Below are positions 36,349-49,016 of a stretch of DNA of 64,000 nucleotides, piece by piece; the stretch's first letter is position 1; each line of letters begins with the position of its first letter. Position numbers and translations under genes: made by a program. The notes under the pieces are model-generated. The model worked only from the letters and a program-made list of their open reading frames with translations, was not told the origin of the DNA and made no database searches. Source of the DNA: Minutocellus sp. GHC0000111. Taxonomy: Eukaryota. The DNA lies in NCBI GenBank assembly GCA_977018835.1, contig OZ361258.1, forward strand, positions 2,108,001-2,172,000, read 5' to 3'.

Positions 36349-37920
36349 TCATTCTTTGACGATGATCCTTATTGGGATTGTTGGAGATCTCATAAGACCT
36401 CTAGGTCGGCACCAGATGGGGCTGAGAGGGTCAAGGTCAACCATCGATTTGAGCAGGTCGATGTATGGCTTCCTTTGATGGTACGAAGGCCTTCTCGGCT
36501 CGAGGGATCCGCCGGAATCGAAGGTGAGCTGGGGTACCGCGGTACCTGCCAAAGGCGGCCTTCATTGATCGAGTAATTTGTTGCTGGAGCCGGAGGGAGA
36601 AGAGAACACCAAGCGGAACGATTGGACCAAGGCTACGGACTGTTCCGCAGAGGCTCTGACCTTGCTGCTATGTCTTCGGCAAAGAATCCGACCAGATTGT
36701 TCCGAGCTGATCGAGTTGATAGTGAGCCAAGTTCGTGGTTGCCGTCCAGCAAAGGGAGGAGGCGGGCTGCTGGTATATGAGTGTGAAGCGACTGACGTAT
36801 CCATTCCCCCCCCTCCCATTGTCTGATGATAATGACCATAGCCAGGACCCATTGGATTGTATCCGAACGGACTCTGTGCCGCCATTGTCGGTCCCGAAGC
36901 AGTAGCTGGCATCATGGCTGCGGCGACAGGAACTTGCACTTGTTGCATATAAGCGGCGTCGGCATCGGAGCAAAAGAAGCCATTGGACGTGCTTGAACCA
37001 TGGCCTGAGCCATCGCAGCCACCTGTTGTTGCTGGTACGGATACTGCTGCTGCTGCTACTGCGGATGTGGGTGCTGTAGAATGGATGGAAGAATGCTGGG
37101 TACCCCCGCCTTGCATCTGCTGGCCGACAATTTCATACTGAGAATGCGGACCTGGACCTGGACCGGTAGGCATGCCCATGCCAGTAGAAGTAGCCGTGAC
37201 CTGGTATTGCATCTGCCCTCACAAAGCAGCCATTTCGTTAGCCTTATTCCGGAGGAGCTCCGTCGGCGGAAGGGTAAGACCATTGGCACGACCTCGGCTC
37301 TTCTTCTTGGCGGTAATGAAACGCCGTCCCATCATTCGACCGCCAGCTCCTGCTGTTCGTCCAAACGAGGGCGGAATAAAACCATTGATGCTGTCGCGAG
37401 TTGCGCCGTTCTTCGTTTTGGCGGTACTACTGCTACGACTGCCACTCAGTGCATACAGATTGGACTCGGCGCAATTGGGATCGAATTGAAAAGAAGAAAA
37501 GGGGTTCTCCTTCGGACTGCCGAACGCTCTCTTTTGCTGTTATGATAATGGTTTGAAGTGGAAAGAACACAATTTGCGTGAGAGAGTGTGAGAATGGTAT
37601 GATATTCTAATAGCTGAAATGCCAGGGAAAAATAAGCAGAGAACTTACCATTGCAGCCTGCTCCTTCCTTTCATACCGCCAAGACGAATTGGATCCATTA
37701 TTGACGGCAGCTGCGGCGATAGTACCGCTGTTGCTACCAATGCTTGGTCCGGACCCTCCTAAAGGACCACGAATTGTGGGCATTGGGGGCTAGATTCCTC
37801 CCGCCTCCCGCGGCGGCCTCTTCGCGTCTTCTCTTCTGCTCCCTCCAGTTCATAAACTTATTCCCTCCGGTTCCTCCAACTCGTCTGTCTCGTTCCGCAG
37901 CGCTCGATGCAGCCATGGCA
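36349..37920 (-). CDS. Possible low-complexity hypothetical gene (Gly/Ala/Ser/Met-rich), structure unresolved
   Basis: ORF 36562..37212 has a disordered-protein composition; minus-strand GTAAG donor near 37648; no recognisable domain. Confidence 0.25.
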
Positions 37921-38602
37921 TTCGCACCGCGTTTACCCGTAGACTTGCCGCTCGACTGCTGCTGCTGCTGCTGATAGGTATAGTGGGGAGTCGATGTAGT
38001 TCAAGAGGTGGAAGTGGGAGACGGAGACACAGTGCTGGTACCCGCGTTAATACTGTAGTAGGTGCAGAATCACCCTCTTCCTCGCAGAGGTCGATGCATT
38101 CGTCCCGCTTCGTCGGCAATGGCTGACGTCCCGTGCGGGATTTTTCGGAGGATCTTCTTCTCCGCCTCCTCCTTCTGAGACTTGGGGATTGGACCTCTTT
38201 GGCCCAGCAAAACTGCACCAGTCTTGTCACTGCCCTTTCCTGTTGTAGATGGCTTCGACTTGGACTTTGTCTTACCGTTGCCCTTGTGTCGTCATTACCG
38301 TCGAGCTCTAAGCGAGAGTCAAGGCCAACGAGACTCGCCTCGATCCTTCCGAACCGGTCGGGACAGGTAATGCGGTGCTCTCCAGCCTCACAGATACGCT
38401 TCCGATTCATCAATAGACCCCCCGGGCGATCGGTATGGACCAGCAGAGTATACGAATTTTTGCAGAAAAGTGTGTCCGGCGCGGTGCGATTTTTGTAGTT
38501 TGGGATTTGCCATTCAAATCGCTTCAGTCTCTCTCTCTCATGGAGCGGCGGCTCTGGTTCCCCCATAAGTCGTAGCAGCAGTCGCAGCAACATCTGGCCG
38601 TG

Positions 38603-41570
38603 ATGCAAGACAAAGGGCAGGGTGCGGGCAACGGCCGGGGATTGCCGTTGTCAAACCAGCAGCAGCACCCCCTCCCCTACCAACAGCAGCAGCAGCAACA
38701 ACCGCAACAACGCCAAAACCAAAACCAATGTCGAACTCAGCAGCAGAGTTTGTATCATCCCTCGGCTCAACTCCAGCAGCAGCGTCCACGCTCCAAAAGT
38801 ACTGGTGGCGTCGAGAATGCCGTTGTTCCGGCCTGGCAGGGGTGGTCGAAGCCCAGCTCAAACCAGCAGCGCGGCCTGTATCGGCCGCATCATTATCAGC
38901 AGCAGCAGCGCGTTCAAAATCGGACGGCAATAACTCACCAGCCACGTCAGCAGCAGCAGCAGCAGCAGCGACCGCGCGGCAAGAGCGTGGGTGGCGTCGG
39001 GGATATCGGCGGCATCAGCATTCCGGCCGTGAATTCAATGGTCGGTGGTGGCATCAGGTCTGCCGCCCCAGCCCCAGCTTCGCGGCAGATGTCGATCCCG
39101 CGGAACCCGTATTCGCGTCCGTCGGCGGCACCGTCGGCGCCTCCCCCGCCGGCCAACACCGTGGGGGACGAATATGCACATTTCGACGATGAGCTCAACA
39201 GCATTAATCTCGACTTTCCGGGTCGGGCCCGTGTGGGCAAAGCTGTTACCAACGGCACGAGCGAACTCCGCTCCCGCTCCGCGGGATTCGCCGCCGAGCA
39301 GTATTCGTCCCGGTCCCGCGTCGGTCTGGCGGACGGCCGTGTGTCTGTTCCAACCGTCATGTATTCAGCAAGCAACAACAACGGTGCCGCTGGATATGCC
39401 CGGGGTGCCGACGGTCGGCCCGTCCGATTGGATGGATCTCCTGCCAAAAGCGCCCGACCGGGGTCGCCCAAGTTCCAGTATGGGAGTCGGCGTTTTTTGC
39501 CGGGACAGGAGGGCCGAGATGGTGATGATACCTCCACTACTCACATGATTGGACAGTGGAAGCCCAGTACTGCAACAGGATCGGCTCCCAGTGGTTATGC
39601 TGATGATGGACTTCTTGGCATGGTGAGTAGTGGCTAATTTGTATTGCATCTGCTGGACATGGTACTCAAATCAATTATCATCACCTCCAATATGTGTATA
39701 TGTATTATTTGACCTCATACTCACAGTTTCCTACATTCTCTTCAACTATTTTGCATCATGCCAACATGTGTAGGCTGACCTCAATACGAGCTCAATCACC
39801 ACTGCTACGGCTGACATGACCAACAATAATGATGAGTCCTTCCTTGGTGCAGGCGATACCGATATTGAGGAGGTATCAGGCATCGATGCCGACGAGGAGG
39901 GCATCAGTCGTCCCACCGACGAGGAGGGCATCAGTACCGACGAACTCTCCCTCAGGTATCCCAACCTCGCCGCGTTTGGTGTGGTCGATACGGTCATGAA
40001 CGCCACCAAGGATTTGGTCAACAAGTATGCCACTGATCCCATGTGGTCCGTCGAGTCCAAACAGCTGCTTCTGGCCGGCATCAAGACCAAGCTTGGAGAT
40101 GATGCACAGTACGGCGATATCCTCCATTCGTTCAGCATGGACTTTGCACGCAAGAAGTCTGGTGTCCCTATCGACGACGCCAATATTTTCGGCAAAACGA
40201 TCCTTCATCTATATGACGCTGCTCTTCAACCACATCTCAACGAAACTTCTGATCCAACCCGAGCTCTGCACGAGCTGCATCACGTCGTCCTCTTTGAGTA
40301 TGAGGGGGAATACAACGAGTTGCCTGTCAGTTTTCAGTCCCTTTATCTCTATCACCTTCGCCGTCTAGTTGAGAGATTCTCTCCTGAGTGCTACGATACC
40401 GAACCCTTCTTCGAGAAGCTCATGCGATCCAATGAGAGCTATGCCGGCGCTTTGCTCCCATATCTGGCAGACAAGACAAGGCTAAAGAGGACCTTTGCAG
40501 GGTCCAACGCCGGAAAATGGGACGGGACGACGAGAGCGGAGGCCAAGGCGAATCTGGCCATACTTCAAGAATGCGAATTGTCCCATTAGGAGGGACATGA
40601 CGTGCTTTGACGCTATCAACCAAGCGGCTGCCACTGGTAGCGATGGAGGCCTCGACGACGCTGAGCATGATGCCTCTTCCCCGGCTAGGACCCGTCTGGA
40701 CGCAATGCTAAAGGCAGGAGAGGAATTTGTGGAAGGTTTGTGTGGCCTTACTCCTACGGAACAAAAACGGCACATGAATGAAATGCTCGCGCCAAAGTGC
40801 TCTGCCTACCTTCTGGCCAACATTGTAACCCTCAAGGTGGTCGTTACCGGGATGAACGACATTACTCTTGTCGAGCTCAACGATGATTTCAAGACCAAAG
40901 TCATGAATCTTGCTCATTCCCAACAGTCCAACGCTGCCGACACCACGACGATATCGGATGTTTGCAGCTCCATTCTTGCGCCAGCTTTGAAGGTTGATGA
41001 TGGCGCCATCCAAACCTTCGCCGATATTATTCTCAGTGTCAAGTCAAGAGATTTTCTGGACGTATTCCGCAACGCTGCTGCAGAAAGCATCATCGAGACC
41101 GACGCTTCATCTCAGCCTGAAGACGATGCAGAAGATGCAGATGGAGAGGAGAATGCCACCGGCAATACCGTCAATCTGTCGGAAAGTAAGCTCGAGGAGT
41201 ATCTCACCATCTTTTCTGCCGTATTCCTTAGTGATTGCATCAAGATGAGATTCGAGGAGCTTGTTGGAATCAATGATGATGTGATTAGCTTGTCATGCGC
41301 TGTTCCATGTCTGTCATGCGAGTCAATTTGGTTCCTATGATTATGAAAGGAAAAAGGAAAAAGAGATCCTTCATCTTCCAAGACGGAGATGATGATCATT
41401 TGGGTATTTCGAAGATATGTAATTACGTGGCTGCAATGTACGGAAATGCCGTTGATGCTAGTGATCTTCGTGAGCGGAAGTGCTTTGCGTTTTGGAACAA
41501 GGTGATGCTCCGAGTTCTGGCCAAAAACGCTGAGCTTCTATCGAGGGGCTTGGCGATATCGACAGAATAG
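38603..41570 (+). CDS. Hypothetical protein: Gln-rich N-terminus, helical middle, C-terminal domain paralogous to that of the 32092..36152 gene; intron 39623-39773; frameshifts ~40580 and ~41290
   Basis: GTGAGT...GTGTAG intron joins ORF 38600..39637 to 39816..40589 in frame; shared blocks MNEMLAPK..., FSAVFLSDCIKMRFEELVG, FWNKVML. Confidence 0.65.
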
Positions 41571-42665
41571 GCATGCGTCGTAGCTAAAGTGTTTGCGCTC
41601 AAAAACTGTGAAGAGACGAGTTGGTATTCAGTTTTAGAAGACCCTTTTGTTGCATTGAAGCCCCCAGTCTCAATCTAGTAAGCAGACAAGATAAAGTGTA
41701 AATGTATGGGTAAACTCTAGCTTGAGTACTTGTAGTTGAAAATAGTTTTCCCTCAGAAATTCTTGAACACACTCCAGACCCCGAGATGGAAGCCTTACCA
41801 CCGGGACGTTTGCTTGTATTGCTAATTGCGCCGTGGCGATTGGCATCTTTGCCGGAAAGCGATCAACTTACTGGTCCACCACAGCAGCGGCTAACGATCC
41901 GCGGCCCATACCTCTGCCTACTCCTAGCAGCACCGCGACCCACCGTCATCGGCTGACCCTGCTGCACCATGCCCACGGCTGCCGAGCAATACCATCTCTG
42001 TTCCTCTGCCTCTGCCTCAGCCTCGGCCGAACGTAGCAGTGGATGTTGGAGCTTCTTGGAAGCATCAGTGCAGAGCGGTAGAGTATGTAGTATCCGGACG
42101 AGCGGCCGCCCCAATCCTCTTCCATTTGCAACCATCATCTAACGCCAGCCGCGCCCTAAGCCTCCAACCCAAAGCAACCAACAACGCCTTTCCTTCTGCC
42201 ACTGGCTCGAGGTAGCGAGCTAGCAATGTAGCTAGCTAGGTAGCTCGCACCGCCAGCGCTGGCTCCGATCCCCCGCACTGCTGCTGCTGCTATGCCATGC
42301 GAATAGTCCGCTCCATATTACTCTCACATGTCTTTCGGAAGACCATCATCGGCCGCCATCGCCACGGCGTCGCGACCGGTGGACTCTGCTTGCTTGCTTG
42401 CCTGCTTGCTCCATCGCTCGACAGAACGGAATGGGATACATCCGGCAGACAAAGCGAGCGATCCGATGCTATTCGACGACAACACAAGCACGGGTCCGAC
42501 TGACGTACAGTACCAACTGTCAAGAAACTATTTGAGTTGAGGTTGGGCATGGGCATGGGCATAACCAGGTAGATTTGTGTCCGCCGGCGCTGCTGCTGAT
42601 CGCCACGCGACTAAATTGTGCGGCGCAAAATCACAGGCATGCCGCTGGGATGAGAAAAAACAAAT

Positions 42666-43028
42666 GAGGTCATCGCAGAATGAATCGGTGTCCTCATTGG
42701 CAACCTTGTCGAGAAACTCCTGGTCCAGAGCTTCCTCTTCATCTTTGAGGTCGTCGCAACTGGTCGGTCGAGTCCCGTAAATTTCGAGCGGTCGAAAAAT
42801 GCATTTCGGCTCAATACCGCACGCCGATGGCATAGAGAAGCGCCGTTAATCATCCTTCTACTACGTAGCTAGAGGTCATCGCAGAATAATGTCAATCAAT
42901 CGGCGAGAGTCGAGTCGGTGTCGGTAAATTTCGAGCGCATCGCAGAAACGCGGTCGAAAAGTACGGAGCTCACCTCCATAACGCACGTCGATGGCATAGA
43001 AGCGCCGTTCGTCATCCTTCTACTACCT
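42666..43028. repeat. Degenerate tandem duplication (two copies, roughly 160-200 bp)
   Basis: GAGGTCATCGCAGAAT, GTAAATTTCGAGCG, GGTCGAAAA and CGATGGCATAGA..AGCGCCGTT..TCATCCTTCTACTAC each occur twice in the same order. Confidence 0.75.
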
Positions 43029-44079
43029 ACTTCGTGTGTGAGATGTTCGCCATCTTTCTTTGCGCTTGAGGCGAAGAATCTGGCATCGAATGACGTTTCG
43101 CCCCTTGTGCCAATCCCGTTTTTCAAATTCTAAAATTGACGGGACTGACTTGACTCGCTCATGCCATTTTTTATTGCATTCAGCCAGACAAGCATGACGC
43201 CACCGCCGCGCCGCCGGAGCATTTTACCCGCTAAATGGAGCACAAGATGGCACCTACGAGTATGCATTGTTTGCTGTGCGTCTTGGAGCATTCGGCGGCA
43301 GCTCGGTATCTTTCGTTTTTTTCTTTAAAGTGTTGGCGCAGCAGCACAATCGGCAGGAAAAAATCGACTACCCGTGTATCAAATCAAGACGGAACCATTG
43401 CTGTCCTCCTCATTTTGCAAGCGGAGAGACCACCGCCATTATGCTACCGTTCTGTATACCGGCCCTTTACTCTCTGGTGGCGTAGCCAGTGCGTATCAGC
43501 CTGGCTGGGTTTACTGCTGGCGGACGAATTCGAGTATTCGCCGTAGCCGTGAAACGTTGCTCGTGGCGGCACCGACCAGTGCCTTAGAGCAATGTCTTTG
43601 CCGCAGCAACAGCAACAGCAGCAGCGTCCGCGGATGGCGTTGCTAGCTAGTGCGTTTGTATCTGTTTTTGTTGAGCTAGCTACCAGCTAGCGATCTCGCT
43701 GCGATGGCGCTTCTCCGGAGAAATGCAGCGACAATTGAACAAATTGAACCATGTCCAATGCCATTAACAAGTCGCTCGCTGAGACTGTCCGGGGGCTTTC
43801 ACGCGGTGAAAGCTACTAGAGAAGATGCCAGGTCTCCGTCTGAGTGATCAGCAGCCCAGCGATGCCGTATCTCCCGTATCTCATTCGTCATCATAGTATT
43901 AGTTTGATAAGGGTGATCATTCATTCAGCAGCGAGCTCAAATTGCTCGCCCGCAGCGTCGTCGGAGGTCTCGGCCATAGCGATCTGGAAGTTCGCTATCT
44001 ATACGGAACACTAATTAAAATACATGGTATTGGTACAACGATAATTATTACTGTACTTGTAGGAAAGTTCGAACTGCAG

Positions 44080-44640
44080 TTACCAACCATCAAACAAACC
44101 TTTGCCGATCTCGTCCTCCTTCGACGGGTCTGTTGACATGCCAGCGCTTCCCTCTGCTGCGTCATCACCTACACCACTACTATCTCCATCTTCCCTGCTC
44201 GTTGCACTAGCTAGCAGTATCACTTCCGCTCTCCATTTTTTTCTCCACCACAGGCGGGAGTTCCAATCCTCTGTCATCTCGTTCCTGTGCTCAAATACGT
44301 TCCAAGTCTTCGGCCGCGATGGCCATCTCTTCACCGACTCCCCCCAGTGCCGCCACCCCACGCACACATGTAACCTCCACCTTGACCTGACCTTCCTCGT
44401 CCGACTTTTGAGGAGCAAGCTTGAAGACTGATCGGTCCCAGTCGGCCGGCACGGAAGTCCTGCAATATCTTTCTCACGGCGTCTTCCAGACTGCCGCGGC
44501 ATTTGGCATCGGCGACGCGGAACAGCATAGCACATGTCCTCACCGTTCAAGAGACGATCTTCGGCAGCATCGTCCGGCACAACGAGGGGATCGAACCCAT
44601 ATGTGTTCCTTCAAACATTTCCGACGGAACTGGTGGTGGC
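44080..44640 (-). pseudogene. 3' fragment of an RbgA/YlqF (MTG1-like) ribosome-biogenesis GTPase
   Basis: LFRVADAKCRGSLEDAVRKILQDFRAGRLGPISLQ matches the conserved YlqF C-terminal DFRxGxLGxISL motif. Frameshifted, and no G1-G4 motifs seen upstream. Confidence 0.65.
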
Positions 44641-45842
44641 AACAACAAGCAATGTCGTTGCCGCTCATGCTGCTGATGGTGCTCATTCATGGTGCGGTCG
44701 CTTCCACTGCACGAAGTAACAGAATCAGGGAGTGGGCAACAATCAAGGCAGTGTATTCAATTCAATTGGTCGGAAGGTATGGGTATTGTTATGTTGGATG
44801 GGCCGAGCAAGCAAGCAAGAATGAGGGCAACTGCACGCCAACATTCGCGAGGACCCGGAGAATGAAGTGGCAGCCGTCAGCCGTCAGTTCAACAAGGCAA
44901 GAAGCCACAAGTTCGGCAGTGGTTGCATGATTTTGCTTTGCGGATGGTCGAGGCGGGCGACTCGCGCCGTGGCTGGTCGGCACCGGGCCGGGCCCGCGCT
45001 GGCACACGCATGCTCTAAAATGCCGCGATGATGCGATGCACGAGAAGACAAAAGCGCGTGAATTGATGACTTGACTTGCTTGCCTCCTCCTCTCCACGAT
45101 GAGATGAGATGTGCTGTGCTGCTATGCTTTCTCTCTCCCGTGAAGATACGGCGTGTTTTTCGGCGCCGATTTTTGCCCAGTGATCTGGCGGTTTTTTTGT
45201 GCGGTCGGTGAGGCAGCCTCTGCTGCTACGGCCGAGCCGAGAGTGGACGGACCGTCATGGTTCCTCGGCCCGCTCTCGCTTCGTTGGAGAGGAAAATCAT
45301 AACCCCGAACTTCGCCGTCCATAAGGGAGACCCCTCACCCAAACGGCGGTTCACCAAAACCATTTCCCTTCTGCGGATACCAGTCAAGAAGGTTGGTTCG
45401 ATCGGTCGATCGGTGCTGCGCAGTAGCGTAGCCAGCGCACTCGAACGCTAATTCTCAACAGCTGAAGGTGCATTCGCCTTCATCGTCATCGTCGGCGAAG
45501 CGCGTCCCTCCGGTGAGTGCCCTGTCGTGTCGTTCGTTCATGGTCGGCGTGGCGTGCGGCCGCCAAAAATATTCTCGCTTCGGCGACTTGGCTTCTTTTG
45601 CCTGCCGGCAGGCAGGCCATCTGCGTTGCTGTGCTGTCGTATCCCCTCATCCGTCCACGGCGTGCGCCTCTCTCACGTTTATACTCACTCTTCGCTCGCT
45701 CTGTCCATTTCCATTCATTTCCACTATCAGCACGCGCAATCATCGCAATCAGCAGCGGCCATCATATCAATCATCGATCAATCGTCGAATAATCCAGTCA
45801 GAGCAGAATATCATCCAGCCAATCAAAATCAGATAATCAGCC

Positions 45843-47218
45843 ATGATCAGCAGCGGCGCCAAGAAGACGACTAGATCGTCAGCGTCGGCTTCGTCAACGA
45901 CGAGACGACGTCGCCGTGGTACCACGACCATCACCACCGATACTAGTGGCGGCCATCCCGTGCGCAGCACCCGCAGCTCGGCCAAAAGGAAGAGGGGCGA
46001 TGACGATGATGCAGGTGGCATAAGTGGCAGTCCATGCAGTGGCAGCGGTAGTGGCGGCGGTAGTGGAAATATTGATGGAAGCGGCCAGCGGAGGCAGAGG
46101 AAGCGGCAGAAACGCTCATCGTCATCTCCCACCAATAGAATACTAGTACGGCGGCGGCTGCCAAGAAGAGCAAGGAGAAGAAGAAGGAAAAGAAGCCGCA
46201 GGACGATGCCGATGATGACGATATCATTGCCAATAATGGAGAGCTCAAGGTGGGGACCACCATCACCTTTGGAGGCGGCAGCGGTGGAGACCATCGTAGT
46301 ATCAACGACGAGAACAGGAGCGGCAACGCCCACAACCTGGCACTCACCGTCACCGTCGTTCGCGTGTTGGGATCCGGCGCCCATGGGACGGTGTATCTGG
46401 CCGAGGAGGCAGAGGAGGAGGATGGTACCAGCGGCAACTACAAAAAGGCCGGGGCCAAGACCAAATACGTTCTCAAGGTCCCCATGACCACCAAGGAGGA
46501 TATTAAAGAGGCCCAGCATGAGATCCGTGCGCTGGAGGCGCTCAAGGGTGTATCGGGCGTGGTCCAGCTGGTGGCCACATCGCATATTGGCAGCACCGTA
46601 TGCATGCTGCTCAAGCACGTCGACGGGCAGGTGTTGGAGGAGTACATCGAGCAGAGGGGTTGCCTGTCCCTCTCCGAGGCCTGGGGGCTGATGAAGCAGC
46701 TGGTCACCACCCTCGTCGAGATGAAGAGGGTCGGTGGACTGTCGCACCTGGACATCAAGCCGGACAATTGCTTGGTGACCACCGGCAAGGACCGACGTCT
46801 GATACTGTTTGATCTTGGCACCGCTCGACCGTGCGACAGGCCGACGAGTGATGATTTGGGATCGGTATTCTTCGACGCCCCCGAGATTTGCCGTGGCGAC
46901 AAAAAGAAGAAGACGGCTCGCACTCCCTATGATCCTCCATCTGCCGACATGTACAGCGTCGCCCGTACCTTCCTCGTGGCTCTGGTGGGATATCATCCTT
47001 GCCGTTCCAACTCTACCGCCAAGGCCGGAGGAGGAGGAGGAGGAGGAGATTGGTGGGAGGAGGATACGTTTGGGACCATCGACGAACACATTGGGTCCAT
47101 CCGCGAGCGTTGTCCTGCGGCTGCCGACCTTTTGGAGTGGCTCCTCCACAGTGATCCCAACCAACGTCCCACCGCCGAGCAGGCCTTGGAGGCCTTGACG
47201 GATCGGCCTTGGGAGTGA
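45843..47218 (+). CDS. Ser/Thr protein kinase (non-RD) with basic/disordered N-terminus; frameshift near 46135
   Basis: VLGSGAHGTVY, YVLK, HLDIKPDN, LFDLG, GSVFFDAPE, DMYSVA, DPNQRPTA. Confidence 0.85.
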
Positions 47219-47502
47219 TATGGAATGTATGGGTGGATGATAGACGCGAGAAATGAATGAATAGCGGGTGGCTCAAGGTATGAGAAAGTTTACAATGCAT
47301 CGTAGATTACAGTTTTGTAGTGGATACAGTACTAAAGAACCAGCCGTTATTTGCTTTACATTGCATTATACGCCTGGAGGACGGCTTACATTTGACAAAC
47401 TTCGCGCCACGAGCTCGCCGTTTGGCGCCAGGGCATGGATGGAATGCATCGGAATCCAACAATGCTACAGCTTGCTCCAACCATACTCACTTTACTACGT
47501 AG

Positions 47503-48745
47503 CTAGCAGTAGAAGCTTGGCAGTCCTTTGAGTGCAGGCTCCACCTTTTCGTCAAGAACAATGAGGTCGGCTGCGTCAAGACAAAATCCATGAGAAACAA
47601 GGGCATCAAATGTAGACTTTGCAAAAACATCATATTCTCGATCAATTTCACCGATGAGAAATGCATCGTATACAGCCGCCTTTGGTGCTACTTTTGGGTC
47701 GAATCCAAAGGAAATCAATTGGTCGAGTCGCTTCAGAGCACCTTTCTGAAAAAATTGCACCTGTTTCTCTCCTGTGACTCCGAGGTTTCTTAATTTTGCA
47801 ACCAATGCTCTGCTCGCCTCAGTATCCTCTTCATCTAGATACAAATAATATTCTTCCCGTAGAGTTTGGACAAGCTTTCTTGCAGCAACGGCATCCATAG
47901 CCTTCTTTGCATTTTTCCGCTTCTTGAAGAGGGAAAAATATTCTTCTTCATTCATGCAATGGCAGATCTGAGGGCGGTGTGCAAGATGAATTTGAAAGGA
48001 GGTTGCAACAGAAAGCACAAGCATCGCGGCCCTCATCTCTCCCTTCGCAGAATGAGGATGGAGAAAGAAGAATAGCACTGGTTAAGCCCCCCAATTTTTC
48101 CAATGTTGGAGAAAGAAGTCTCGCCTGAAGTGCACCGAGTAGAGCCTTCAATAGGCACTTAAATTTGTCGTTCTCCATCATACCTTCGTCAAATTCGTCC
48201 CTTGACTCGTCGTCGTGATAGTATGGACGTACAGCATGCTTGTGCTTTTCCCAGGAGCAACGGAAGACACCGCCGAGGAAAGAGCTTTTCAGCTTTACAA
48301 AGACACTCAGCAACGGTACGACTCGATTTGAGGTTGCTTCACAAATAGTGAAATTATTTGGGCCTATCAGAGTAAGGGGGGAACGACTGCTACCAACGAG
48401 GCAAAGTATGTTCACACGCTCTACGTTGGGGAACCTCCGCGCCGAGGGCACATCGAGCTGGCACGATTTCATGAAGCTGAGCGTATGGACATATTGGACC
48501 GCCTCGTTGGCGATAATTTTACCCACGAGCAGAGACGAACGAACCTCATCGTAGGGCATGTAGTCCAGCACACGCCCCCACACCGGTGCCGGAAAGTGAA
48601 GCGGACCCGGCTCCTGGTCAGCGGTCGGATCTTTGACGCCGCATGAGTTGGCGACTTTCAGCTTCTTGCCAGCGCTTTTCGGCTGGCTGCTGCTTCTGTC
48701 CGCCGGCCCCGCATTGCCGGGTGCATCCGCCTTGCGTTTATCCAT
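47503..48745 (-). CDS. Hypothetical protein with F-box-like N-terminal motif; frameshift ~48000-48080
   Basis: LHFPAPVWGRVLDYMPYDEVRSSLLVGK resembles an F-box; ORFs 47948..48877 and 47503..48078 overlap. Confidence 0.5.
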
Positions 48746-49016
48746 GGTTGGTGTTACATGTAGCTGTTGTGCTAAACGAGCTCGTACATAGTTCCGGTTT
48801 GGCCGTGGGCCGGGGGCCCGCGGCGGCCGCGGCCGCGCCGGTAATGTGCGGGAACAGAAAAATGACGGGATCAACATACAACGTCAGGTCAGAAGAATTA
48901 GAGTCTACCGGTATCGGTACCCGTAGTTTCGTAATGGATGCCAACTGATGCCATAATACAACTGAGCCTGCTGTTATTGCTATTAACAAAGCACATTTTG
49001 CGAAAAGGATTATTAA

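Noticed and set aside
20900..47300. Endogenous giant virus or Polinton/Maverick
   Set aside because: No capsid, packaging ATPase, DNA polymerase or integrase motifs; genes carry host-type spliceosomal introns
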